Source: a virus (Duplodnaviria > Caudoviricetes). From it: 27,612 nucleotides of DNA. The notes under the pieces are model-generated. The model searched no databases and was not told where the DNA came from. It saw only the letters and a program-made list of their open reading frames with translations. A program made the position numbers and the translations under genes. Numbering within the stretch: position 1 is the first letter of the stretch; each line of letters opens with the position of its first letter. Below are positions 17,101 through 25,609 of this stretch, piece by piece. The stretch lies in IMG/VR virus record IMGVR_UViG_3300005512_000265, positions 1-27,612 of that record; one strand, written 5' to 3'.

Positions 17101-18833
17101 TGGCAATTTCAGGTTTAAGTTCCAACACTAAAAACAATGCCGGTCTAAAGTGTGAAATCCTTGTTATCGGCGGTGGTGGCGCAGGTGGTAATGGAGGTGG
17201 CGGAGGCGGCGGCGCAGGTGGTTTTTCTCAACAAACTATTTCTTTACCTATAGGAAATACGTCAATAGTAATCGGAGCAGGGGCTACTGCTGTAGATGAT
17301 GGCGATATTTCTTTACTAAACTTAATCGGCTCTGCGTCTGTTTGTGGCCCAGTTACTGCTGTGGGCGGTGGCTGCGGTGGTTCTCGCTCCGCAGGAGCTA
17401 ACAACCCAGAAAACCGTGGTTTTGATGGTGGATCTGGAGGCGGTACATCAAAAGATTCGTATGCAAAACCTGCGGGGCAGCCAATCATTACTGGGCAGGG
17501 CAACGCCGGTGGAGATGCCGCAGTACAGAACACTACCTCTATTGGTGGATCCGGTGGTGGTGGAGCAGGTGCTGTTGGAGGCCAAGGAAACTCTTCCGAA
17601 CAAGCAGGTGATGGTGGTGCGGGGTCAAACACTTATTCAACGTGGGCAACAGCAACCTCTACTGGTGATAGTGGATATTACGCAGGCGGTGGAGGTGGAA
17701 GCACCAACAGTTCAACAGCAGGTGTCAATGGAGATGGCGGTGCAGGCGGTGGGGGTGATGGTGCTTTAAATAACTTAGCCGCACAAGCCGGAACAGCGAA
17801 CACTGGTGGAGGCGGAGGCGCAGGTGCTTTCTCAACAAACACTATTGGCGGTAACGGCGGTTCAGGCATAGTTATTGTCCGTTACCAATCAGACACACAA
17901 ATTGCAACAGGCGGTACAGTCACATCATCTGGTGGTTATTACTACCACACCTTTACTGGTACAGGAACTTTTGAAGTACCTGCGTATGCAACAGTGCCAC
18001 GGGTAGTTGTGGGTGAAGCAGGAACAGGATCAGGCGGTACTGAAGTTACATCCGGTGGATATAAATACCATACGTTTACAAACTCAGGTACGTTCACTGT
18101 ATCAAAGGCAGGGTTATTTGAATTGTTGCTAGTTGGCGGTGGTGGTTCCGGTGGTGTTGGTATTGGTGGCGGTGGCGGAGCAGGGGGTGTTTTTCAAGGA
18201 AATGCATACCTTCCTCAAGGAAATACTACTGTTGTTATTGGCGCAGGAGGCGCATCAGTTACAGGCTATCCGATAACAGGGTTAATGGGCGGTGTAACGT
18301 CTGTAGGTGATTATGTGACAATTGGCGGTGGAGGAGGCGGAGCACTTGCTGGATCTGCATCTACTGATGATCGCCGAGGTGGTGATGGAGGCTCCGGCGG
18401 AGGTCACGGTGCTTACGACTACGCTAGTTCAAATGGTACTGCGTTAATTCCTAGCCACGGTAATGACGGTGAGGCTCATGTTTCTGGTACAACCGCAGGT
18501 GGCGGTGGTGGTGCAGGGGAAGCAGGTGGCACTGACGGTACAGGTTATGGTGGCGATGGTACTGCCACATACGACACATGGCTGTCTGCAACATCACAGG
18601 GCGTAGATGAGTCAGGTACTCGCTACATTGGTGGTGGTGGCGCAGGCGGCAACAGTACGACAGCAGGCGCAATACCCGGCGGGTTAGGCGGAGGCGGTGC
18701 GAATGGCTATAACACCACTCATTATGACGGTACTGCAAACACTGGAGGTGGTGGTGGTGGCACTCGCAATTTTGATCCATACGACTCCGGCGCAGGCGGT
18801 TCAGGCATCGTAATTATTAGGTATCAAGTTTAA
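17100..18833 (+). CDS. Glycine-rich domain tail protein 3 (two tandem domains)
   Basis: Two GGSGIVI.RY-terminated domains. TAATG overlap. Confidence 0.85.
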   Translation: MAISGLSSNTKNNAGLKCEILVIGGGGAGGNGGGGGGGAGGFSQQTISLPIGNTSIVIGAGATAVDDGDISLLNLIGSASVCGPVTAVGGGCGGSRSAGANNPENRGFDGGSGGGTSKDSYAKPAGQPIITGQGNAGGDAAVQNTTSIGGSGGGGAGAVGGQGNSSEQAGDGGAGSNTYSTWATATSTGDSGYYAGGGGGSTNSSTAGVNGDGGAGGGGDGALNNLAAQAGTANTGGGGGAGAFSTNTIGGNGGSGIVIVRYQSDTQIATGGTVTSSGGYYYHTFTGTGTFEVPAYATVPRVVVGEAGTGSGGTEVTSGGYKYHTFTNSGTFTVSKAGLFELLLVGGGGSGGVGIGGGGGAGGVFQGNAYLPQGNTTVVIGAGGASVTGYPITGLMGGVTSVGDYVTIGGGGGGALAGSASTDDRRGGDGGSGGGHGAYDYASSNGTALIPSHGNDGEAHVSGTTAGGGGGAGEAGGTDGTGYGGDGTATYDTWLSATSQGVDESGTRYIGGGGAGGNSTTAGAIPGGLGGGGANGYNTTHYDGTANTGGGGGGTRNFDPYDSGAGGSGIVIIRYQV

Positions 18834-18851
18834 TCAAAGGAGATTAAATTA

Positions 18852-19232
18852 ATGGCACACTTTGCAGAAATAGATGCAAACAACAAAGTAAAAAGAGTAA
18901 TCGTTGTATCTAACAGCGATTGTGGTGGCGGAGATTATCCTGCTTCTGATCCTATCGGTGCGGCATTTTGCAACAATTTGTTAGGTGGAACTTGGAAGCA
19001 GACTTCATACAACTCAAACTTTCGTAAGCGTTACGCAGGTAAAGGATTTGAGTTTGATGCGACTAATGATTGCTTCTGGCCTCCACAGCCTTACGCTTCA
19101 TGGTCAAAGAACACTACTACTCTTGAGTGGGAAGCTCCGATTGCTAAACCAGAAGGTGATTATGTTTGGAATGAAGAAGCATACCAAGCAGATAACACTA
19201 CAGGTTGGGAAGCACTGGAAGTGGTTGAATAA
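18852..19232 (+). CDS. Partner/chaperone-like protein of glycine-rich tail proteins
   Basis: MAHFAEID...WKQTSYN..FRKRYAG...PPQPYASW...WEAP, a sequence type commonly adjacent to glycine-rich fibre genes. AGGAG RBS. Confidence 0.7.
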   Translation: MAHFAEIDANNKVKRVIVVSNSDCGGGDYPASDPIGAAFCNNLLGGTWKQTSYNSNFRKRYAGKGFEFDATNDCFWPPQPYASWSKNTTTLEWEAPIAKPEGDYVWNEEAYQADNTTGWEALEVVE

Positions 19233-19234
19233 CA

Positions 19235-19489
19235 ATGGATATACAGAGCATCTTTAATATGATCTCTGGGGCTTTATTGTTGCTCGGAGGGTGGTTCCTA
19301 CGTATTATGTGGGACACCCTTATGAACCTTCAAGCACAAGATAGAGAATTAGCGGACAAAGTTGCTCGTATTGAAGTATTAGTAGCAGGTGAGTACGTTA
19401 AAAAAGAAGACTTTGATCGAGTTATAGAAAGACTCTTTGATAAGCTAGATCATATTGAACTTAAAATTGATAGTAAAGCGGATAAATAA
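19235..19489 (+). CDS. Single-TM plus coiled-coil membrane protein (holin/antiholin candidate)
   Basis: N-terminal hydrophobic helix (IFNMISGALLLLGGWFL) followed by a heptad-rich charged region. Confidence 0.6.
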   Translation: MDIQSIFNMISGALLLLGGWFLRIMWDTLMNLQAQDRELADKVARIEVLVAGEYVKKEDFDRVIERLFDKLDHIELKIDSKADK

Positions 19490-19498
19490 GGAAGTATA

Positions 19499-19948
19499 AT
19501 GATCTTTGAAGCTATCGCTGCTATTAAGATAGCTAATGAAGCTATTGGAGCAATTAAAGAGTTTGCAGGACATGTGGAATCCGTCGGACAGATGGGTAAA
19601 GATTTAACTAAACTAGCAGACGCCAAAGATGAATTGCAGAAGTCAGCAGCAGATGGCGACATGGAAGCTTTTTGGGCTTTAGAAAATATTAAGAAACATG
19701 AAGCAGAAGTTAAACAAATGTTTATCTACAGTGGTAGGCCGGGATTATGGGATGACTACTGTAACTTTATTTCAAATAGAAAGAAACTAAGAGAAAATGC
19801 TAGAAAGCGAGAAGAAGCTAAGAAAGCCCGTAGAAAAAAACTTATTAAAGAATGGAGTATTGGCATTGGGGTCACCCTTGCTGCTCTTTCTGCTATTGGG
19901 TTATGTGTTTACATTTTATATTGGATCATAACAACTAAGGGGAAATAG
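19499..19948 (+). CDS. Hypothetical membrane protein (C-terminal TM)
   Basis: Helical N-terminus, basic linker, hydrophobic IGIGVTLAALSAIGLCVYILYWII. AAGGA RBS. Confidence 0.7.
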   Translation: MIFEAIAAIKIANEAIGAIKEFAGHVESVGQMGKDLTKLADAKDELQKSAADGDMEAFWALENIKKHEAEVKQMFIYSGRPGLWDDYCNFISNRKKLRENARKREEAKKARRKKLIKEWSIGIGVTLAALSAIGLCVYILYWIITTKGK

Positions 19949-19949
19949 T

Positions 19950-20132
19950 ATGTGGTTATTATTTGCCATATTAATACAATCTGATGGTTACGCAGTGTTT
20001 CCTCAAGGTCCATTTATGACTATGGATGATTGTTTTAAAGCTAGAGAATACTTTATTGAAACAGCACCTAAGCCTAAAATGAACTATGAAGCAGTCTGTA
20101 TACAAACAAATATAAAAGGTAATCAATCATGA
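19950..20132 (+). CDS. Small hypothetical protein with hydrophobic N-terminus and two Cys (60 aa)
   Basis: Tightly packed, ATGA overlap with the next gene. Confidence 0.6.
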   Translation: MWLLFAILIQSDGYAVFPQGPFMTMDDCFKAREYFIETAPKPKMNYEAVCIQTNIKGNQS

Positions 20133-20443
20133 CTGACTTAGAAAAGTATGACTTAAATGGTGATGGAGTTCTTGATAAGCAAGAGCGTAATATCATGTTG
20201 GAAGATATGCGTAGACGCATGGAAGACGCAGATGCCCAAAGGGATAGTATTCGTAAGATGGCTTGGTTTGCTCTTATTGGTTTGCTACTGTATCCATTTG
20301 GTATCTTTCTTGCTGATGCCTTTGCTATGGGTACAGCCGCACAGTTAATTGCGGATATAGCACCAACATACTTTGCTTCTATTGCTGTGTTAGTCTCTGC
20401 ATTCTTTGGTGCTTCAGCTATTGCAGGAAAGAAAAATGCTTAA
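20129..20443 (+). CDS. EF-hand-containing two-TM membrane protein
   Basis: Canonical 12-residue loop DLNGDGVLDKQE followed by two hydrophobic helices. Confidence 0.7.
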   Translation: MTDLEKYDLNGDGVLDKQERNIMLEDMRRRMEDADAQRDSIRKMAWFALIGLLLYPFGIFLADAFAMGTAAQLIADIAPTYFASIAVLVSAFFGASAIAGKKNA

Positions 20444-20513
20444 AGTTAGTGATATTCAACTGATAGCTATCTGTAGTCTGTTATCATTCTGCACAGCATT
20501 GGTGGTAGGATAA
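20436..20513 (+). CDS. Putative 25-aa hydrophobic peptide, not in ORF track
   Basis: MLKVSDIQLIAICSLLSFCTALVVG*. Fills the gap exactly, overlapping the upstream stop, with TAATG coupling downstream. Confidence 0.45.
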   Translation: MLKVSDIQLIAICSLLSFCTALVVG

Positions 20514-20887
20514 TGTTAAATCTACTAATCGGTCCTGCAATGGACTTAGCTAAAGAATTTATCAAGGGTAAGGCTGAGGAAAAGAAGGCTATTCAGGAGC
20601 GTAAAATTAATGCAATTCAAAATGATGCTGATTGGGAAGCTAAGATGGCTAATGCAACAGCTAACTCTTGGAAAGATGAATTCTGGTCTATCATTCTTGC
20701 TTTGCCTATTGCAGCGGTGGCCTATTCGGTTGCTATTGATGATGTTGCTATTATTGAGCGTGTCAAGGCTGCTTTTGAAGTACTAAACAATTTACCAGAA
20801 TGGTATCAATATTTATTATTTATTGCAGTATCAGCCAGCTTTGGTTTAAAATCTGCAGACAAACTTATGGGAATGAAAAAGAAATGA
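20513..20887 (+). CDS. Holin-like membrane protein
   Basis: SWKDEFWSIILALP...LPEWYQYLLFIAVSASFG with basic C-terminus. Resembles the GTA 3TM-holin type. Close to the endolysin. Confidence 0.6.
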   Translation: MLNLLIGPAMDLAKEFIKGKAEEKKAIQERKINAIQNDADWEAKMANATANSWKDEFWSIILALPIAAVAYSVAIDDVAIIERVKAAFEVLNNLPEWYQYLLFIAVSASFGLKSADKLMGMKKK

Positions 20888-21033
20888 AGAAAAAAGCAGT
20901 ATACAAATACATGGGTGGCCCAGTAGGTAAAGGACCGTTAGCAGGTAACAAAGGTAAGTTTGCACCATGTGCAGGTTGTCCATTTCCAGCTAAATGTAGT
21001 GCAGCAGGGAAGTGTTTAAAAGGTAGTGCATAA
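20884..21033 (+). CDS. Small basic Cys4 protein (49 aa; start revised from 20800)
   Basis: MKKKAVYKYMGGPVGKGPLAGNKGKFAPCAGCPFPAKCSAAGKCLKGSA*. ATGA and TAATG overlaps on either side. Confidence 0.65.
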   Translation: MKKKAVYKYMGGPVGKGPLAGNKGKFAPCAGCPFPAKCSAAGKCLKGSA

Positions 21034-21170
21034 TGGCTACTCCAAATAACAAATCATTATACAATAGAGTAAAGGCTGAAGCTAAGAAAAAGTTTAAGGT
21101 TTGGCCTAGTGCTTATGCTAGTGGGTGGTTGGTTAAAGAGTATAAAAAGCGTGGGGGTACTTACTCGTGA
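21033..21170 (+). CDS. Small basic protein (45 aa), not in ORF track; DUF5872-like N-terminal half
   Basis: MATPNNKSLYNRVKAEAKKKFKVWPSAYASGWLVKEYKKRGGTYS*. TAATG and GTGA overlaps. Confidence 0.75.
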   Translation: MATPNNKSLYNRVKAEAKKKFKVWPSAYASGWLVKEYKKRGGTYS

Positions 21171-21418
21171 GTAAACCTCGTGGAGGACTAACTCAATGGT
21201 TTAATGAGGAGTGGATTGATCTTAAGACAGGTAAAGCATGTGGGCGTAAGTCTGCTAAGGGAGGGAGTAAACGACCCTACCCTTCCTGTCGCCCTAAAGC
21301 TGTAGCTCAAAAAATGACTGCGGCTGAAAAGAAAAGATCTATCCGTAAAAAGAAAGGACCACTAGCAATCAAACATGATGTAACTGCATCAGGTAAAAGA
21401 AGGAATAAAGAATCATGA
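21167..21418 (+). CDS. Small basic protein (83 aa); DUF5872-like C-terminal half
   Basis: GGLTQWFNEEWIDLKTGKACGR...YPSCRPK. GTG start overlapping the upstream TGA. Confidence 0.7.
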   Translation: MSKPRGGLTQWFNEEWIDLKTGKACGRKSAKGGSKRPYPSCRPKAVAQKMTAAEKKRSIRKKKGPLAIKHDVTASGKRRNKES

Positions 21419-21912
21419 ATAAAGGTTTTGAAGCTGCAGTGGAATTAATTCTTAAGCATGAAGGTGGTTATGTAAATCACCCTAATGATCCCGGTGGAGA
21501 AACTAAGTATGGTATTGCTAAACGTTCTTATCCTGATGTAGAGATTAAAAAGTTATCTGAAAGTGATGCTAAACGTATCTACAAAGAAGACTTTTGGGAT
21601 AAGATACGTGGTGATCAAATGCACCCTGCAGTAGCTCTTATGGTCTTTGATACAGCTGTTAATATGGGTATTAGTCGAGCAGGTAAGTTCCTACAAGAAG
21701 TAGTCAATGCTAACCCTATAGATGGTATTATTGGATCAGGTACTCTAGCCAATGTAAATAATGCTTGTGAAAATGCTGTAGAGTTTGTTTTAGAATCTTA
21801 TGCTAATAAGCGTTTAGACTTTTATAAGAGACTATCAACCTTTGAAACATTTGGTAAAGGTTGGACTCGTCGTGTAGAAGAAACACTAGAAGCTGCTAAG
21901 GAATTAGTATGA
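21415..21912 (+). CDS. Endolysin, glycoside hydrolase family 108 with C-terminal peptidoglycan-binding region
   Basis: HEGGYVNHPNDPGGETKYGI signature, FDTAVNMG, DGIIG..T, FGKGWTRRV. Confidence 0.92.
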   Translation: MNKGFEAAVELILKHEGGYVNHPNDPGGETKYGIAKRSYPDVEIKKLSESDAKRIYKEDFWDKIRGDQMHPAVALMVFDTAVNMGISRAGKFLQEVVNANPIDGIIGSGTLANVNNACENAVEFVLESYANKRLDFYKRLSTFETFGKGWTRRVEETLEAAKELV

Positions 21913-22196
21913 GTAGAGAGAAAGATCCACGGCTAGCTAGAGTTGGTGTTAGTGGGTACAATAAACCTAAACGTACCCCTAACCATCCCACTAAGTCACA
22001 TGTAGTTGTGGCTAAGTCTGGCGATAAAGTAAAGACTATACGGTTTGGGCAACAAGGTGTGTCAGGATCTCCAAAAAAATCTGGAGAGTCTAAGTCATAC
22101 CGTAATCGTCGTAAATCATTTAAAGCAAGACATGCAAAAAACATTGCCCGTGGACCACTTAGTGCTGCATACTGGGCTAATAAAGTTAAATGGTAA
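21909..22196 (+). CDS. Highly basic hypothetical protein (95 aa)
   Basis: KPKRTPNHPTKSHVV...IRFGQQG...RKSFKARH...SAAYWANKVKW. ATGA overlap. Confidence 0.75.
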   Translation: MSREKDPRLARVGVSGYNKPKRTPNHPTKSHVVVAKSGDKVKTIRFGQQGVSGSPKKSGESKSYRNRRKSFKARHAKNIARGPLSAAYWANKVKW

Positions 22197-22225
22197 TGTA
22201 ACCATGCACTTAATGGGAGTTATAT

Positions 22226-23779
22226 ATGGCATATAAAACAACACCAGAGATTAACTTTGCATCTATTGGTCTTATTACAGATGTACCTTCTCATGCTATT
22301 CCTCAAGGTGCATGGAGTGATTGTCTTAATATACGAATTAAAGATGGAAGTGTACAAGGTGTAAGAAATTTTTCTCAATCATTTCAAGTACACCCTGATT
22401 ATCCTAATGGAGTTGTTGTAGCTTTAACTCAATGGACACCAGCAGGATCTAATTTTTTAAATGTTGCTTATATTATTAAAGATACAAGTGATAATAATCG
22501 TGGCCGAGTATTTGTTTATAATACAGAAACTGAAGCTAATGAAGAAATTACAAATGCTAATGCTGATGCTTACTTTATTGTAGATGAGGATTACCCTCCA
22601 CAAATATTTGTATTTAATGGAATTCTTATTGTCAATCCAGCAACAGGTATCCCTCAATGGATTTCAGCAGGACCAGAAACAGCAGGTAACTTAGCTGATT
22701 TACCTAATTGGCTTGAATATGCAGGAAGTGTTAAAGCTGTTTGTCGTATTCTTAGACCTTATAAAAATAGATTAATAGCAATGTCTTTTGTTAATTCAAA
22801 TAATACAGAAGATGATTTTACAGATGATACTTACAGTCCTATTGATTTAGCTTTTTCTTCTAATATTACTACATTAGATACTCTTACTGGAGTAGAATGG
22901 CAAGCCTCAACTACTAATACAGCAGGTGATGCTTTCTTAAGTCAAACCCCCGGTGCTATTATTGATGGTGGTCAGTTAGGTGAATTCTTTATAGCTTATA
23001 AAACAGATGCTGTTGTTAGAATTTATGAAACAGGTGATTCATTTGTTTTAGGATTTGATTCAATATTTGAAGATGATGGTATATACTCTACAAGATGTTT
23101 TGCTAATATTGGAAATGCACAACATTTAGTTATTGGTAATTATGGTGTATACGTCCATGATGGTCAATCTCAAAAACAAGATATTGCTAAAGGTAAGTTT
23201 CAAGATTTAATGTACTTATTAGTTGATAGTAATAATAAAAATAAATCATTTGTATTTCAACAAACAAGGGAAAAAGAAGTTTGGTTTTGTTTTAAAGAAA
23301 CAGGATCATCTACTAATGGTTGTAGTAAAGCTTTTGTTTATAATTACGAAAATAATACAGTACACATTAGAACTCTTCCTGATATTACTGATTTACATGA
23401 AGCAGAAATTTATGGATCATTAATTATTTTAGCAGCTCATAATTCTAATTATGTTTATGAGTTAGGTAATACATTAATTGCAGATGGTTATTTTATTCGT
23501 ACAGCAGATTCATTAGAACTTAGCCCTTTAGTAAAAGATATTAATGCTGTTTATATTGAAGGTAAAGGTCAAATGCTTGTTTCATTAGTAGCAAGTGATA
23601 CTATTAATGAAGTAATTGATTTTGATACTTATGATAAAACATTTACACCATCAACTGGTTACAAACTAGATATCAGACAAGCAGGTAGATACTTTAATCT
23701 TCGTGTTAAAATGAACAGTACTAATAACCCTGAACTTACTACAATGCAGTTTAATATCCGTACACCTAGTGGGAGATAA
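22226..23779 (+). CDS. Tail nozzle / tail tubular protein (beta-propeller-like)
   Basis: GLITDVPSHAIPQGAWSDCLNIR N-terminus and GRYFNLRV C-terminus typical of podovirus nozzle/stabilisation proteins. Beta-rich. Synteny. Confidence 0.7.
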   Translation: MAYKTTPEINFASIGLITDVPSHAIPQGAWSDCLNIRIKDGSVQGVRNFSQSFQVHPDYPNGVVVALTQWTPAGSNFLNVAYIIKDTSDNNRGRVFVYNTETEANEEITNANADAYFIVDEDYPPQIFVFNGILIVNPATGIPQWISAGPETAGNLADLPNWLEYAGSVKAVCRILRPYKNRLIAMSFVNSNNTEDDFTDDTYSPIDLAFSSNITTLDTLTGVEWQASTTNTAGDAFLSQTPGAIIDGGQLGEFFIAYKTDAVVRIYETGDSFVLGFDSIFEDDGIYSTRCFANIGNAQHLVIGNYGVYVHDGQSQKQDIAKGKFQDLMYLLVDSNNKNKSFVFQQTREKEVWFCFKETGSSTNGCSKAFVYNYENNTVHIRTLPDITDLHEAEIYGSLIILAAHNSNYVYELGNTLIADGYFIRTADSLELSPLVKDINAVYIEGKGQMLVSLVASDTINEVIDFDTYDKTFTPSTGYKLDIRQAGRYFNLRVKMNSTNNPELTTMQFNIRTPSGR

Positions 23780-23781
23780 TA

Positions 23782-25170
23782 ATGGCTATTATTTCAGAAA
23801 CAGAATTACAAAGACGACTTAGAGCATTAGAAAAACAATCAGGAGCTAGTACGTCTTATGTAGGTACTACTGATCCTACTGGTTCTGGTTTTACTGCAGG
23901 TAATAGTTGGTATAATACTACAACAAATAACCTATGGTTGTTTGATGGCACACGTTGGGATCCTTCTTTTAGTGATCTTAATTTAAGGTATGCAGATACT
24001 GTTGTAAACTTAGATGAATCTAATATGGTATCTAGCCAATTAGATGTAACAGGTTTTAGTGAATACCCATTCTCTGTAGATGGTGTTGAAAAAGCTTGGA
24101 GGGGTATTTTCTTTGGACCCCCTTCAGGTTCAAGTGACCCAACAGATTACGAATGGACTTTATTAGCTGATACTGAATATGATTTAACTTTTGATAGATA
24201 CTATACAGAAGATCCTGGGATTCTTACAGAAATTGGAGATCCAGATAATCCGGGAACAGATGTCACTTGGGTAGAAGCAACTTCAGGTATATCTAATAAC
24301 GCTTATTGGATTGCTGAACGTTATACTAAAGATGGTTTTACTTCTAGTTGGAAAGTATTTCCTGTTCAAGCCAAACCTTCTGGTGTGCCTTTTGTTAAGT
24401 ACGAAAGGTTAGGTGTTAATCAACCTGTATTAGGAAGTGAAGAGTGGATTGAAGATGCTATTTTAGCTGTCTCTGCTTTTACTGGAAAGGTATACACTAA
24501 CCAAAAAGAATTTGGGTATAGTACCGTAGTAGTAATTGATTATGCTGATGGAACATTAAGCGGTAGATACACACAAGTTGGTGGTGTAGATACTTGGGTT
24601 GCTCCCGGAGAATTTATTGCAGGTGATTTAATTGTTGATGGAACAATAGCTAGTGATAAAATTCAAGCTAATGCTATTACTGCTACTAAAATAGATGTTG
24701 ATGATCTTAGTGCTATTTCTGCTAACTTAGGTACTATACAAGTTGACACTGCTAATATTGCTAATGCTGCTATTACAAATGCTAAGTTAGAAAATGCTGC
24801 TATTACTAATGCAAAAATTGGAAACTTAGAAGTAGACACAATTAAAATAGCTAACAATGCTATTACTGCAATTGATTTTACTCAACAAGGTACTTCAGAT
24901 TTAACTTTAAATTTTAATATTCCAGATAGTACTGGAGGAAATTATGAAGTTTTCTTTATTGCTAGTTTAGTTCAGAGTTATTTTTCAACTATTAGTTTTT
25001 CAGTTGATGGAGTTGTGCGTTGGCAAGAAATTCCTAGAGATGGTACATTAGCAACAAGAGGGTGGTCACAATCTTTATCTGCTAACTCTAATCACTCTAT
25101 TAGAATTTGGTCATCTGATAGTAGAAATAGTAACAATTCATCTATTATTGCATTTGCGAGAAAGAAATGA
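23782..25170 (+). CDS. Tail needle / tip fibre-like protein
   Basis: Short N-terminal coiled coil (ELQRRLRALEK), SSDPTDYEWT, IVDGTIASDKI...LSAISANLG and AAITNAK repeats typical of straight fibre domains. Confidence 0.7.
   Translation: MAIISETELQRRLRALEKQSGASTSYVGTTDPTGSGFTAGNSWYNTTTNNLWLFDGTRWDPSFSDLNLRYADTVVNLDESNMVSSQLDVTGFSEYPFSVDGVEKAWRGIFFGPPSGSSDPTDYEWTLLADTEYDLTFDRYYTEDPGILTEIGDPDNPGTDVTWVEATSGISNNAYWIAERYTKDGFTSSWKVFPVQAKPSGVPFVKYERLGVNQPVLGSEEWIEDAILAVSAFTGKVYTNQKEFGYSTVVVIDYADGTLSGRYTQVGGVDTWVAPGEFIAGDLIVDGTIASDKIQANAITATKIDVDDLSAISANLGTIQVDTANIANAAITNAKLENAAITNAKIGNLEVDTIKIANNAITAIDFTQQGTSDLTLNFNIPDSTGGNYEVFFIASLVQSYFSTISFSVDGVVRWQEIPRDGTLATRGWSQSLSANSNHSIRIWSSDSRNSNNSSIIAFARKK
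24751..24870 (+). repeat. 30-bp (10-aa) imperfect coding repeat
   Basis: ANIANAAITN AKLENAAITN AKIGNLEVDT IKIANNAITA. AATGCTGCTATTAC occurs twice, 30 bp apart. Confidence 0.7.
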
Positions 25171-25595
25171 GCACACCATACGTAATTTATGAAACTCAAT
25201 CTGGTAAAGTAATAGGTAATGGTTACACTTCTAACGTAACTTCTTTATCAAACTATAATACAGAAACACAAGCTGTTTTGTTTATTGAAGACAACACTGA
25301 TTGGGATGAATGTTATGTTGATTTATCAACATTAACATTAGTAAAAATAAATAAAAGACCTTCTTATTACCATACATTAAATATGGAAACAAAACAGTGG
25401 GAAGTTGATCCTGTATTATCTGCAAGACATATTAGATTAGAACGTGATAGGCTTCTTCAAGACACTGATTGGACTCAAAATTCAGATGTACCTGAAGCTA
25501 CAAAAAGTTTATATACAACATATAGACAACAATTAAGAGATATTACAGATCAAGAAAGTTTTCCTGAAAGTGTAACTTGGCCTGTTGCTCCCTAA
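25167..25595 (+). CDS. Tail fibre assembly chaperone
   Basis: IRLERDRLLQDTDWTQNSDVP...YRQQLRDITDQ..FP..VTWPVAP signature. Confidence 0.85.
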   Translation: MSTPYVIYETQSGKVIGNGYTSNVTSLSNYNTETQAVLFIEDNTDWDECYVDLSTLTLVKINKRPSYYHTLNMETKQWEVDPVLSARHIRLERDRLLQDTDWTQNSDVPEATKSLYTTYRQQLRDITDQESFPESVTWPVAP

Positions 25596-25609
25596 ATAAA
25601 TGAGGATTT

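Noticed and set aside
10348-18833. Diversity-generating retroelement acting on the tail genes
   Set aside because: No reverse transcriptase in the window. Repeat copies differ largely at synonymous positions rather than specifically at adenines.
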